The notes beneath the pieces are model-generated. The model ran no database searches. It was not told where the DNA came from and worked only from the letters and a program-made list of their open reading frames with translations. DNA of 64,000 nucleotides from Polyangiaceae bacterium (lineage in GTDB: Bacteria; Myxococcota_A; Polyangia; Polyangiales; Polyangiaceae): assembly GCA_016712345.1 (NCBI GenBank), contig JADJRH010000002.1, positions 200,466 through 264,465 on the forward strand. The letters run 5' to 3'. Shown here piece by piece: positions 39,801 to 49,262 of this stretch (the stretch's first letter is position 1; every line of letters begins with the position of its first letter). The position numbers and the translations under genes were made by a program.

Positions 39801-40826
39801 TTCTCGAAGCTCATTGTTTCGACCGACAAATGCGGCGCCGAAATTGGTGGAGGATGCGAGTGAGCCCCGCTGCTCTCCCAATATCCTCAAGATGTCATTT
39901 CCGTCGGCGCGTTCTGCCGGATCGATGGACAAAAGCGCGACCGTCAGTGCATCGAGATCCGCGGGAACATTGGGGACCACAGCACTCGGCGCAAGTGGCA
40001 CGGCGCGCTGTTTGTGAGTGGCCACGGCGTCGGCCGACACTTCAAACGGAAGTACACCCGTGAGTGACAGGTGCAACATGACTCCCACGGAGTACCAATC
40101 CGCGGACGTGCTGAGCGCCTTTCCGGCGGCCTGTTCAGGAGCCATGAAGTGCGCAGTTCCAACGACGTGTTGTTCTTCTTCGCCCAACGTGTCGTGCGCC
40201 TCGGTGACAAGTCCAAAGTCCAAAATGACAACGCGGCCTTCAGGCGTCACAAGGACGTTGGAAGGTTTGATATCGCGATGGATTCGACCCGTTGCGTGCA
40301 GCGCCAAGAGCCCGCGAGCCAAACCTGCCAATGCGGGTCGAAGCTTGTTTTCATCCAATTGCCCGGTCATCGCGGCGGGCAAACACTCTTGAGTCGACGG
40401 CGGGCGAGGGCGGATTTCTGTGTCGCGATCCGCTTGATCCAAAGGTACATCCGAAGTGCGCGCCGAGATGCCACGCACGTAGTCTACGAACGGTTGCCCC
40501 TCCACGAGTTCCATCGTGAAAAAGAGTTGACCGCTTTCTTCAAGCAGTTCACCCAGCCGCACCAGATTGGGGTGGGCCAAATCAACGAGTGATCGAAACT
40601 CGTTTTTGAAGCGAATGAGGCCGGCGGCATCCAGGCTTCGCAACGTTTTGATCGCGACTTTTGTGCGATGGGCGCGGTCGTACGCCTCGTAAACAACGCC
40701 CATTCCACCCCAACCGAGGAGCTTTCGCGCCTCAAAGCGGGTGCCGGGGAGGGCGGTAACAAGCTGTGACGGCGCGCTCATCTCAGCCGCTTGCACCATT
40801 GCACGGGGCCCCGTCGAAGTCGACAA
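36861..40826 (-). CDS. Multidomain Ser/Thr protein kinase with AAA/NB-ARC-like ATPase and TPR-like repeats (STAND-like, PknK-type).
   Basis: Kinase motifs GWGGMGVV, VAIKTL, HRDIKPSN, DFG and APE are present. They are followed by a P-loop (GESGMGKTT) and a long helical repeat region. Confidence 0.85.
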   Translation of the reverse strand: MSTSTGPRAMVQAAEMSAPSQLVTALPGTRFEARKLLGWGGMGVVYEAYDRAHRTKVAIKTLRSLDAAGLIRFKNEFRSLVDLAHPNLVRLGELLEESGQLFFTMELVEGQPFVDYVRGISARTSDVPLDQADRDTEIRPRPPSTQECLPAAMTGQLDENKLRPALAGLARGLLALHATGRIHRDIKPSNVLVTPEGRVVILDFGLVTEAHDTLGEEEQHVVGTAHFMAPEQAAGKALSTSADWYSVGVMLHLSLTGVLPFEVSADAVATHKQRAVPLAPSAVVPNVPADLDALTVALLSIDPAERADGNDILRILGEQRGSLASSTNFGAAFVGRNNELREIESAYWASLDGRARALFIEGESGMGKTTLGRRFLDKIADEALVFSARCYERESVPYKACDGLVDRLGTHLAKLPPASSSAILPKDIELLAAVFPVLAVSDPVAKRRTPLPASGAGSHLGDEDLVLDLLDEDTRPRVSPGFLSTSPIAIPPEIEPAELRARVFTAMRRLLHNLAEQKPLVIAIDDLQWADADSLAMLSEILRPDDADEIEADGKPAPLFLLASVQSDEAHSTPIDLALPASLVRRMKLSQLPTDEARALVDRLLRALAGDTPLDRIDVNALLAEGGGHPLFLDALVRYRLQNTADTSPLRLDDALWARVENLSSRARRALIALSVAGKPLSRRVLEHALSADGEEMERLLAELRAGQFSRAWGSPENETLEPYHERLRETVLSHLQAEEKRALHGHLAIALETVGDAELEDLSVHWLGAGDMARAAQYAAKAGDQAAQAFAFDSAARLYALAVSLLPAPATERASLFVRLGDAHSNGGRGREAALAYESAAALYPENTAVELYRRAAENLLRSGYIDEGMEHLRTVLAAVDIDFPLTPATTLAALLFRRAELRLRGLSFEEKTLTRISPADLRRVDVCWSASLGLGMVDALRGAYFQVRCLLFALSAGDAYRVSRALSMETAFVATAGPSARPRVNELLDAAERAATRSAHPHALALVPGVSGVALFLEGRFSEAIALLQTSENALRTKCVGVHWEAASILTFALWCQFFTGDFRALAADAPGAIREAEERGDRYLATNLCSGFTNIIWLIADEPQTAIAMAERSYGPWSRAGTHLQHFHDLVARCHSALYAGDGASAFAAIETGWKALDDSMSFRIQLVRIFCEYLRGATALSTSMTAAAPTPYFQAAVRASKRIEGERVSWALPLALTLRAGAKWREGQSQSAVLGLLEDAHRMAKSAGLMGYATAIFRAIGVVRGDEAGRAATAEADSEFIRRGVINPPRFARTLVPGFEPQSLLPRDAQSVPPPQN

Positions 40827-40856
40827 GACATCGCAGCCGCGCTATCGAATTGAGCC

Positions 40857-41867
40857 ATGAAATCAAGTTTTCTTAAAAGCCTGTATTGCGGGCTTGCCCT
40901 TGTTTTTGTCGGCTTAACCGCCGGCTGTGACGGTGGTTCTCCATCGGGACCGGCCAAATTCGGAAAGGGTGTATTCGAAGCTGACAATCCTTGGACAAAA
41001 GACGTGAGTGGAATGGAGCCAAGCAGCGATTCAACAGCCATTATCAATTGGCTCGATCAAAACGGCGGTTGGGGAACGGGAGAGTTGCGCATTGACTTTT
41101 CGATCACTGTACTTGCCGCCGACAACTCTACTGAAGTTCGCGACTTTACCCCAACGGGGGATTTTTACGAGCCGGACTGTGACTTAACCCCATTCCCCAT
41201 ACCAAGCGGCGGTGCCATTGAAGGGGAGGAAGGATATGAGTGTACACAAGATGGTGATTGTCATCTTCTTGTGGTTCAAGAAGACGAAAAGAAACTTTAC
41301 GAAATGTGGCGTGCCAACATTTCAGGCAGCGACTTTCAGGGGGGATGTGCCGCGGTTTGGGATCTGACGAAAGCCTACCCCGACACGCTTCGCGGCGACG
41401 GTTGCACCTCGGCGGATGCGGGCGGTTTCCCCATTTCGGCAATGTTGTTTTCAGTGGAAGAAATTCAGGCCGGGGCGATTGATCATGCAATTCGATTTAT
41501 TCTACCCAACGAGCGCATTCGTGAAAATGTGTACGTTCGGCCGGCTACCCATTCCACTTCAGCCACTTCGGGTGGGCCCGACGCACCGCCGTACGGGGTT
41601 CGCCTTCGCCTTCGAAAAGACTTCCCACTCGACTCGCTGCCAAGCGACGGGGCACGGGTCATCGCCAAGGCGCTACAGACCTATGGGATGATGCTCGCCG
41701 ACGGCGGAAGCATCGCGCTCACGGCCACGAGTGACCGGTTTTCAGACACAACTTGGGATGCTGTGGGAGTTGACTCGTTTGCGCTCACCTCAATTCAGGT
41801 CACCGATATGGAAGTGGTAGATATGGGTGACCCGATCGAGTGGAGCGGCGACTGCATTCGAAATTGA
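40857..41867 (+). CDS. Hypothetical lipoprotein.
   Basis: Lipobox (LTAGC). No domain recognised. Confidence 0.5.
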   Translation: MKSSFLKSLYCGLALVFVGLTAGCDGGSPSGPAKFGKGVFEADNPWTKDVSGMEPSSDSTAIINWLDQNGGWGTGELRIDFSITVLAADNSTEVRDFTPTGDFYEPDCDLTPFPIPSGGAIEGEEGYECTQDGDCHLLVVQEDEKKLYEMWRANISGSDFQGGCAAVWDLTKAYPDTLRGDGCTSADAGGFPISAMLFSVEEIQAGAIDHAIRFILPNERIRENVYVRPATHSTSATSGGPDAPPYGVRLRLRKDFPLDSLPSDGARVIAKALQTYGMMLADGGSIALTATSDRFSDTTWDAVGVDSFALTSIQVTDMEVVDMGDPIEWSGDCIRN

Positions 41868-41882
41868 TAAACCGACCCGACC

Positions 41883-44105
41883 CTACTTGGGAAGGTTGAC
41901 GGTTACCGGGGCGTAGGCATACGCCGGCGCGGGTTGCCCAACTTCATCGTGCGTATTGCGACCCCAGCAATACACTTCACCCGTCTTTTTGGCGGCGCAT
42001 ACCTGTTGGCTCCCAACTGCCAGCGATGTCACATCGGTCAACCCGGCAATCACAGCGGGATCCCATCGATACTCAAAGTCTCCCGTTCCAAGTTGACCGT
42101 AGCTGTTTTGACCCCAACACGATACGGTCGCGTCTTTGTGCAACACGCAGCGCGCTCCGCCGCCCACATGAATGGAGGCCGCGTTGGCAACGCCTTTGAC
42201 TGTGCGCACTTCAATGGGTTGTTTTTCTTTTTTATCCGCGGCGGCTTTGCGCGGGTCAACCGGTTGGGGAACCCGGTAGGTGGAGAAACACGAAACCTCG
42301 CCCGACTTGCGGACAACACACAACTCACCGCCGGAACCGCTGATGGACACCGCGTCGGTAATCCCGGGAACGTCAACGGCGGCAGCAGGTTTGACGGGCT
42401 CTTTCTTGTCAAAAGTTCGGAACCCATACCCCACGCAACCCACCTTACCCGAGCGGCGAACAGCGCAAACGGTGCCGCTCTCGCCTGAAATTCCAACGGC
42501 GTCGTTTAGACCGGTAAGGTTTTGTTTGAGAACGTTGTCAGGTTTTTCCCAATCACGTTGCCACAACATTACCTGACCGGACGGCTGAACAGCGCTCCCC
42601 GAAGATCCGCTTGTCCAGATTTGTTTGACCGCTCCAACATTCAGCTCTTTGGGTTCTTTGACGAAGGAGTATGACCCTTCACAATAGACCTTTTTGGCCT
42701 TGTTGACCACGCAGATGCCGCTGTCTTTCATAAACAAGGCATCGGGCTCACCCACGTTGGTAATTGCGCGCGGGGTGTCAGCTCGCTTGCCGGCCGTGTC
42801 TTCAGGAAAACCGGGTAGACCCCAGCAGGCAAGTTTGCCGGCGTTATCCATTGCGCATGAAAGGCTGTCGGTGGCACCTACCATTTTTGCGGTGGCACCT
42901 TTCACCAACGTGGGAGTTGTATAGTCCGATGTGGTGCCATTGCCGAGGCGACCCCGTGATGCCGAGCCCCAACATTGAATGCCGTTTCCAGCGGCGGCAC
43001 ACGATATTTCTTCACCGGCGCCCAGCGCGGTGATGCCTGACAATCCGGCCACCTCAACAAGGCCGCGCGAGCCCGGTTTGCCCGATCCCGTTTGACCTGA
43101 CCTTCCCTCGCCGAAGCAAAGGGCTTTTCCGCTTGTCCGGCGGATGCATGTGTGGTGATACCCAACGGCCACTTCGGCCGCATCTTCCACCAATTGTACA
43201 GCTACCGGACTATACCGTCGGTCGCTTGAGCCGTCGCCGAGTTCACCCGACCAGTTGGATCCCCAACAGGCAACCTGCTTGTTTCGACGGACCGCGCAGG
43301 TGTGAGTGTCCGCAACGGCGAGTTGAACGGCGTCTGTCAGGCCCTTTACCTTGGTGGGGTTTTTGGATAACTTTTCTTTTTCTTCCCATTCCATCTCGGC
43401 GGTATCCACGCCGCTTCCCGTCATTTCAACGTCACCCCAACAGGTAACCTCCCCATTTTTGTGGAGGGCGCAGGCGTGGTTGTACCCAGTACCCACCGAC
43501 ACAACGTCTTTGAGTTCAGGCACCTCGGAGGGGCGCGTTTCAGATGCGTCATACCCCAAGTCGAGCGCAATCAAAGCGCCCGATTTACGGACCACAAACA
43601 GCTTGGTTTCTCGAATGGCAATGGCCGACGCGTCTGTTACAAGCGGAATTTCACGCGCTTTACCTTCATGGAAACACACGATTTTGCCCGAGGTGCCAAC
43701 CGCACACCCGAAGACGCGGCTCACATCCACCGAAGTGGCTTGTTCAACACCGGCCATCCAAACAGGGTTCAACACGGCGCCTTTGGGGCCCGCGGCAATT
43801 GCTCCTTTGGAGTTGTCACCCCAGCATGCCACGCGGCCCGAAACCACAGCACACACCGTACCGCCTGAAACAGCGATTGTTTTGCCATGGGAAGATGCCG
43901 GTGCGGCGACCGGCTCCGTTGTGGGGGCGGCCGTAGGCGCCGCGGTGCCACTTGCGGAAGGTGGAGGTGTTCCACCCCCGGCGGGCGGATTGGCTTCAGG
44001 CGGGGGGCCACAACTGACGGCGAAAATCGAAAGCGGGAGACTCAGAAACCAGGAACGATGGAGCGACATGCGTCGCCTCATGCCGAAGCAGGGCGCGCGC
44101 TGCAA
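41883..44105 (-). CDS. RCC1 (regulator of chromosome condensation)-repeat lipoprotein.
   Basis: Repeated blades of the form hhaaG..HtCal...G.v.CWG.N..GqLG. Lipobox (FAVSCG). Confidence 0.8.
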   Translation of the reverse strand: MQRAPCFGMRRRMSLHRSWFLSLPLSIFAVSCGPPPEANPPAGGGTPPPSASGTAAPTAAPTTEPVAAPASSHGKTIAVSGGTVCAVVSGRVACWGDNSKGAIAAGPKGAVLNPVWMAGVEQATSVDVSRVFGCAVGTSGKIVCFHEGKAREIPLVTDASAIAIRETKLFVVRKSGALIALDLGYDASETRPSEVPELKDVVSVGTGYNHACALHKNGEVTCWGDVEMTGSGVDTAEMEWEEKEKLSKNPTKVKGLTDAVQLAVADTHTCAVRRNKQVACWGSNWSGELGDGSSDRRYSPVAVQLVEDAAEVAVGYHHTCIRRTSGKALCFGEGRSGQTGSGKPGSRGLVEVAGLSGITALGAGEEISCAAAGNGIQCWGSASRGRLGNGTTSDYTTPTLVKGATAKMVGATDSLSCAMDNAGKLACWGLPGFPEDTAGKRADTPRAITNVGEPDALFMKDSGICVVNKAKKVYCEGSYSFVKEPKELNVGAVKQIWTSGSSGSAVQPSGQVMLWQRDWEKPDNVLKQNLTGLNDAVGISGESGTVCAVRRSGKVGCVGYGFRTFDKKEPVKPAAAVDVPGITDAVSISGSGGELCVVRKSGEVSCFSTYRVPQPVDPRKAAADKKEKQPIEVRTVKGVANAASIHVGGGARCVLHKDATVSCWGQNSYGQLGTGDFEYRWDPAVIAGLTDVTSLAVGSQQVCAAKKTGEVYCWGRNTHDEVGQPAPAYAYAPVTVNLPK

Positions 44106-44115
44106 GGCCTATTGT

Positions 44116-45051
44116 TCAATTTTTGCCACCGTTCTGATCTTCAATCATGCCCAGTTTGTTCACCACGAACACCCACTCATTTTTGCCGGTGACAAACTTT
44201 GCTTCGATCGAGTCTTCATCCACCCGTGTGAATGAGAGTGTCGCAGTCTTCCCATTGGGGGCCACAACTTCGTAGGAGCCGGCCTGCGGAATGGGATCTT
44301 GCCACCGCACCTCCACGTTGTTGATTGCCAGTTCCCAGTCACCTTCCTCACCTTCCCAACCCCTCTCACCGTCCACTGAAAATCCTTCGATCAGGCCTCC
44401 GGAAAGCGGTTTTTGAAGCTCGTCGCCTGTCCCCTTACCCGTTCGCCCGTCGGACAGTCGTGTCCAGTTGAGTTCATGCACCACGTGGCGCGATGGGTCT
44501 TTCAGGTTCCATGTGACAGTGGCCGTTCCCGTCACTCCCACGGTTTGGTTTTTCCTGTTTTTCCAAACGTGGTCAACAACCACCTCACCCTCGTTGTTTT
44601 TGGTGACAGTGATTGAATGAATGCCTGAATACGTTTGGCCTTTGTAGGTGCAATTGCCGGGCTTTGCCCCGTATTCAACCGTGAGTGTGTTGGCCTGCAA
44701 AACGATTTCGGCACACGGCAGTTGGGATTCCACAAACGTCTTTAACTCCTCGGCGGCGGCCTCCACAGCGTCACCGATGGTGAAGTTGGTGGAGATTTCG
44801 ATGGTGCCATTTGTCAGGGCCGACGCCTGCGCTTCAATTGCAATCTCTTCAAGCGCTTTTCCCGCCTCGGCCGCCGTCATCCCATCGGCCGGGCAGCCGG
44901 CCAAAAACATAGGCGCCATTGTGACTGTAGCTGCTGTTAGAAACACCACCGGGCGCAGTTTCACGACATACCTCCAAAGGCTTTTGTGGTTGGCAATGTG
45001 TACGCATGCAATCGCCCCGACGGAGTGACCTTGCACGCGACCTAAACGCAC
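44116..45051 (-). CDS. Hypothetical lipoprotein.
   Basis: Probable internal start with lipobox (MFLAGC). No domain recognised. Confidence 0.45.
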   Translation of the reverse strand: MRLGRVQGHSVGAIACVHIANHKSLWRYVVKLRPVVFLTAATVTMAPMFLAGCPADGMTAAEAGKALEEIAIEAQASALTNGTIEISTNFTIGDAVEAAAEELKTFVESQLPCAEIVLQANTLTVEYGAKPGNCTYKGQTYSGIHSITVTKNNEGEVVVDHVWKNRKNQTVGVTGTATVTWNLKDPSRHVVHELNWTRLSDGRTGKGTGDELQKPLSGGLIEGFSVDGERGWEGEEGDWELAINNVEVRWQDPIPQAGSYEVVAPNGKTATLSFTRVDEDSIEAKFVTGKNEWVFVVNKLGMIEDQNGGKN

Positions 45052-45171
45052 TGTTCAATGGCTCTTATTGCAGGGGGCGTACCACGGCAGTCCGAGCGCT
45101 GAACGCCTACAAAAAAAGCATTTTCAGGAGGGATTGTCACGGCGACGTGAAGTTGCGTTCACGCCTGCGGG

Positions 45172-47184
45172 TTATCGAGCGCGCTTGTCGCCGGGCGGGG
45201 TCAGTAGAGCGCGGACAGGCCCAGTCACAACGGCATTTTTCTTGGGCGTCAGATCGGCCACTTTGGTGAGAAAGGCTTCGGCGGTGGCGGCTTCACCCAA
45301 GACAAGTAACACCGCTGCTTGGTCGGCCAGAGTTCCCGCAACAATGGCCTTTGTCGATGGGTCGGCCTCCCCACCTTCCGCGGTCGCGGCGAGCACGCGC
45401 GCAAGTGGCTCCGTTTGAGCAGCAAGCGCCATTTTGCGGTCGGAAGGGCCTTGGGGTTCAGGTGCGTATTCAAGCCACAATCCGCGAACAGACAAGTGTC
45501 GATGAAGGCGCTCCGGCCAGGTGGCATAGAGTTCAACAAATAGCGGGCGTGAATCGGCGAGCGTTGATAAAGCATGTTCGCTCGGGGCGCCCGTGAGTGC
45601 CATGTCACGCAGCAACAGGCTTGTTGCTTTCTCGTTGGACAAGAGCGCTTCTGTCACATTGCCTCGCCCGAGGAGCGCCGCCGGAATCACAAGAACGTCC
45701 GGCCTTTGTCCCTTGGCAATTCGCGCGGCCCAAAGGCGCCAGGCGATCGCCGGAGATTTTGCGAGCACCGCTGAATGCGCCGGCAAATTGCCATACGCCT
45801 CATCCGTCCACACTTCCGCCGCCAATTGACTGCCACGATCGGCCGCCACGGCGGCCTCTTCAGAAGTGAGAGCAATCAATGTGACGTGGAACATGACAAC
45901 CAACACGCGCGCCGGGCCGGCGAGAGGCACATTGGCTTTTTTGAGAATCAATGTGATCTCATGGACGCCCGCAGCGGAAGCCACCGCAAGCGCGGAGATT
46001 GCCAAACATCGAAGAGGGGCAAACGGATCCGCTGTCAGAAACGAGGCGAGTCGCGCCGGCATAAAAGCGTCTAAAATGACCAATGAGGCCAGTGCTGCCA
46101 CCGCGGCGCGCGTTCGCGAGCGAATCACATAAAGCACTGCTCCAAACACGGCAATGAGGAGTGACAAGAGGCCAATCTCTCGACTCCAAGCAGACAATGC
46201 CGATGTTTCAGGGGCCGGCGTGTCGAGAGCTGAAACGCTTGCCGTCGATAAGAACCTTCCCAAGTCAATCCACGCGCGGGGTGCCAACGGACGCAGCGCC
46301 ACGGGCGCCATCAGCAACAGGGCAGTTATCACCGCCGCACCGACCACAAAAATCAACGCTCTACCCTCGGGGAGCGCCGAGCGCTGAATGGGTTTTGCGG
46401 GTAGAAATGGGCGTTTCAAGAGCAACGCCACAGCGCGGTCTGCCCTTTCCAACACCGATGTTTGAATGCGGGGCAACGCGAGCGCAATTGCAACGGCAAC
46501 CGCTCCACACAACCCCGCCGCCGGGCTCTCGGCAAATGCGGCTCCCGTGAGCGCGCCCAGGAACAGCCACGATCGAACTCCCGCAGACTCCGCCGAAGCG
46601 CAATGCAAAGCCGCCGTCACCGCGCCGAGACCCGCGCACGTGGCCCACATTCCGCCGCCGCCGACGGTACCTTCGAGTTGCCAGGCGGGTGACAGACTCG
46701 CAGTCAACGCGGCAACGGCGGCGAGCAACGCGGTCAGCTTGGAACCGTTGTGTACACTTGTTTCAGCGGTGCCATTTTTCGTGGGTGTTGCCGTGCGTCG
46801 AATTGATTGTGTACTCACCTGCGGCAACGCCGAGGCGAGCACTTTCACGGCCAGTTTGTACGTGAGCCATGCGCCGAGTCCGAGCGCAAATGCCGACGCC
46901 GCAGAGGCTCGAAATGTGCGCGATCCGAGCGGCAGAAGTGACGCGAATTGCGTTGCGACGGTGGAGAGCCCTCCCCCGATTCCCACGCTGACAAACCCGA
47001 GGTCGCGCACCGCCGGAAGATCGTCGCGCCACTGCCCCGAAGTGGCCGCTCGCGACAGGGCTACACCGAACGAAACGCCGGCAACAATCCACCCAAGCGC
47101 CGCTTCAACGAACCTGTCGGTGCTCGGTGCACCCTCCTGTGGAGTTTGGCGTGGGGTGGGGGATTGGCCCTTTTCCATCGACAA
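45172..47184 (-). CDS. Large polytopic membrane protein with a C-terminal TPR-like region (DUF2723/TMEM260-like glycosyltransferase-type topology?).
   Basis: At least ten hydrophobic helices, then an Ala/Leu-rich soluble tail. The family assignment is tentative. Confidence 0.5.
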   Translation of the reverse strand: MSMEKGQSPTPRQTPQEGAPSTDRFVEAALGWIVAGVSFGVALSRAATSGQWRDDLPAVRDLGFVSVGIGGGLSTVATQFASLLPLGSRTFRASAASAFALGLGAWLTYKLAVKVLASALPQVSTQSIRRTATPTKNGTAETSVHNGSKLTALLAAVAALTASLSPAWQLEGTVGGGGMWATCAGLGAVTAALHCASAESAGVRSWLFLGALTGAAFAESPAAGLCGAVAVAIALALPRIQTSVLERADRAVALLLKRPFLPAKPIQRSALPEGRALIFVVGAAVITALLLMAPVALRPLAPRAWIDLGRFLSTASVSALDTPAPETSALSAWSREIGLLSLLIAVFGAVLYVIRSRTRAAVAALASLVILDAFMPARLASFLTADPFAPLRCLAISALAVASAAGVHEITLILKKANVPLAGPARVLVVMFHVTLIALTSEEAAVAADRGSQLAAEVWTDEAYGNLPAHSAVLAKSPAIAWRLWAARIAKGQRPDVLVIPAALLGRGNVTEALLSNEKATSLLLRDMALTGAPSEHALSTLADSRPLFVELYATWPERLHRHLSVRGLWLEYAPEPQGPSDRKMALAAQTEPLARVLAATAEGGEADPSTKAIVAGTLADQAAVLLVLGEAATAEAFLTKVADLTPKKNAVVTGPVRALLTPPGDKRAR

Positions 47185-47250
47185 CGCCGATGCCAGAAGG
47201 GTAGGCGTGGGGCCAAGTTTCCAGCGGCCCCGGAGAGCTTGTTGTTTTGA

Positions 47251-48480
47251 TTACACGTTGTCTACGGCATCACCCAACTCTTGCTTTAGGTAGATGCGTA
47301 GTTTGTGGGCGAGTCGAGCTTCAAGTTGGCGAACGCGTTCGCGTGAAACACCGAATTCATCGCCGAGTTCCTGCAATGTGAGCGGCTCGTCGGCGACCAT
47401 TCGCTTTTCAAAAATGATGATGTCTTTGCCCTTGAGTGTTTTTTTGAACTCGTCGAGGCGCTCTTTTACGAGCTTACCCATCTCTTCGTGTTCAAACGCC
47501 GCGTCGGGGCCGCTCAAATGCGATGCCATCATGTCGAGTCGCGACACCGACCGGCCGTCCGAATCGCCCACGGGAGCGTCGAGCGACGCCTCTCCCGACG
47601 AAAGGCGCCGATCCATGTCGATGACTTCTTTTTCTTCAACGCCGAGGCGCTTGGCGATTTCCGCCGCCTCGGGCTCAATTCCCAGGGCGCTGAGTTTTGC
47701 TTTCTCTTTGTTGAGATTGAAAAAGAGCTTTCGCTGCGCCTGCGTTGTGCCGAGTTTCACAAGGCGCCAGTTGTTTAAAATAAACCGCAAAATGTAGGCT
47801 CTAATCCACCACGCGGCATACGAAGACAACTTCACACCGCGGTAGGGATCATAACGTTTTACGGCCTGCATCAAGCCGATGTTCCCCTCCTGGATCAGGT
47901 CCATAATGTTCTTGTACGCACGCCGATATTCGTAGGCGAGCTTGACCACGAGACGCAGGTTGGCGGTTACCAAACGAGCCGCCGTCCGCGCATCCTGTGT
48001 GGTAGCGAACTTTGTTGTGAGTTCTTTCTCTTCGTCGGGCGTGAGCAGTTTGTGGCGCTGCACTTCACGCAGGTACGCCTGAAGTGGATCGGTGCGAGAC
48101 AGTGCCGCCGACTCTTCTCGTTCGGGGCGGTCGCTTCGCAGGCTTCGCTCAACAACTTTGGGGGAGTCACCATCGACACTTTCTTCGTCGATGATCTCCG
48201 CGGCCACATCAATAACTTCACCATCGACGGCTTCGGGATCGTCGAGATCGTCGCGACCCTCGTCTTCGTCTTCGTCCTCGTCTTCTTTTTTCGTCGCTTC
48301 GCTTTGAGCCTCCGCGGGTTTGGCCTGCCGCGCAGCGGTCGCGTTTTTTCCGCGTTTTGGAGTGCTTTTCAGCTCGCTCTCGCCGCGGCTGTCGATCGCG
48401 TCTTTGTCGATCGCAAGTTCATCGTCGTCCGTGTCTGGGGTGGATCGTTTCAACCGTCCCCCGCCTTTGTCGTTTGCCAA
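47251..48480 (-). CDS. RpoH-family (sigma-32-like) sigma-70 factor with an acidic N-terminal extension.
   Basis: Regions 2-4 are present and the RpoH box (QRKLFFNL) is seen. N-terminal EDEDEDEDEGRDDLDD stretch. Confidence 0.8.
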   Translation of the reverse strand: MANDKGGGRLKRSTPDTDDDELAIDKDAIDSRGESELKSTPKRGKNATAARQAKPAEAQSEATKKEDEDEDEDEGRDDLDDPEAVDGEVIDVAAEIIDEESVDGDSPKVVERSLRSDRPEREESAALSRTDPLQAYLREVQRHKLLTPDEEKELTTKFATTQDARTAARLVTANLRLVVKLAYEYRRAYKNIMDLIQEGNIGLMQAVKRYDPYRGVKLSSYAAWWIRAYILRFILNNWRLVKLGTTQAQRKLFFNLNKEKAKLSALGIEPEAAEIAKRLGVEEKEVIDMDRRLSSGEASLDAPVGDSDGRSVSRLDMMASHLSGPDAAFEHEEMGKLVKERLDEFKKTLKGKDIIIFEKRMVADEPLTLQELGDEFGVSRERVRQLEARLAHKLRIYLKQELGDAVDNV

Positions 48481-48598
48481 GGTGACCTCGTCGGAACCGC
48501 TTTTCTATACCAACTTCGTGCGCGCGGCACGGAGGACTTGGTTCTCTTCAAGGTGGCTTCTACGCGACGAGCGCGGAACGTGCTAAGCCCCGTCCAAC

Positions 48599-49255
48599 GT
48601 GGACTCAGAACGGCCCGCACCCCCCACCCAAGAACGGCGTGTACACCGCCCGTTTTATCTCGTCGCGGCGATGGTCCTCGTATGGATCGCCGGCGTTGAA
48701 ATATTTCTCGACGCGGCCAAAATCGCGACGGTGCTTCGGAGCGGGGCGCTCCCGGATGTGGAGACCGTTGTTCGAGCGGGCGGTGTCGACAGTTATTCGC
48801 TCGTGGGCCAGGTGCTCATGGCTGCGCGGCTCACCGTCATGGGATCGGTGCCACACCTGGCTTTTCCGCTCGCCGTGGCCCGCGCCATTCTCGCGTGTAC
48901 ACTTATTTTCGCGAGCACAACGGTGCTTTTGGGCAGGCCCACAGCGCGCGTGTTTGCCCTTCAGTCTCTCGGCGCAAACGCTATTTTTGCAATTATTGAA
49001 TACGCGTTGTTAAAGCAGGTCCGAGGAACGTACATTGACATGGCGGCGCGCGGTGCGGCGTTGATCAACGATCCAACATCATCTTTGAGTCTGCCCGAAT
49101 TTGCGCATCTCATCGGCTATTGGCTTGAACGTGTGATTTTCGCCGCCCGCCTGGGTGTACCCTTTGCGGCGGCACTCGCGCTCACCACGCAGCGTACAAA
49201 GGTCTTTTTTGCGGAGGCGGCCGCCGCCGCGGAAAGCGCCGAAGAAGAACCGTAA
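48599..49255 (+). CDS. Hypothetical membrane protein.
   Basis: Several hydrophobic helices. Divergent from the sigma gene. Confidence 0.45.
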   Translation: MDSERPAPPTQERRVHRPFYLVAAMVLVWIAGVEIFLDAAKIATVLRSGALPDVETVVRAGGVDSYSLVGQVLMAARLTVMGSVPHLAFPLAVARAILACTLIFASTTVLLGRPTARVFALQSLGANAIFAIIEYALLKQVRGTYIDMAARGAALINDPTSSLSLPEFAHLIGYWLERVIFAARLGVPFAAALALTTQRTKVFFAEAAAAAESAEEEP

Positions 49256-49262
49256 GGTACAC

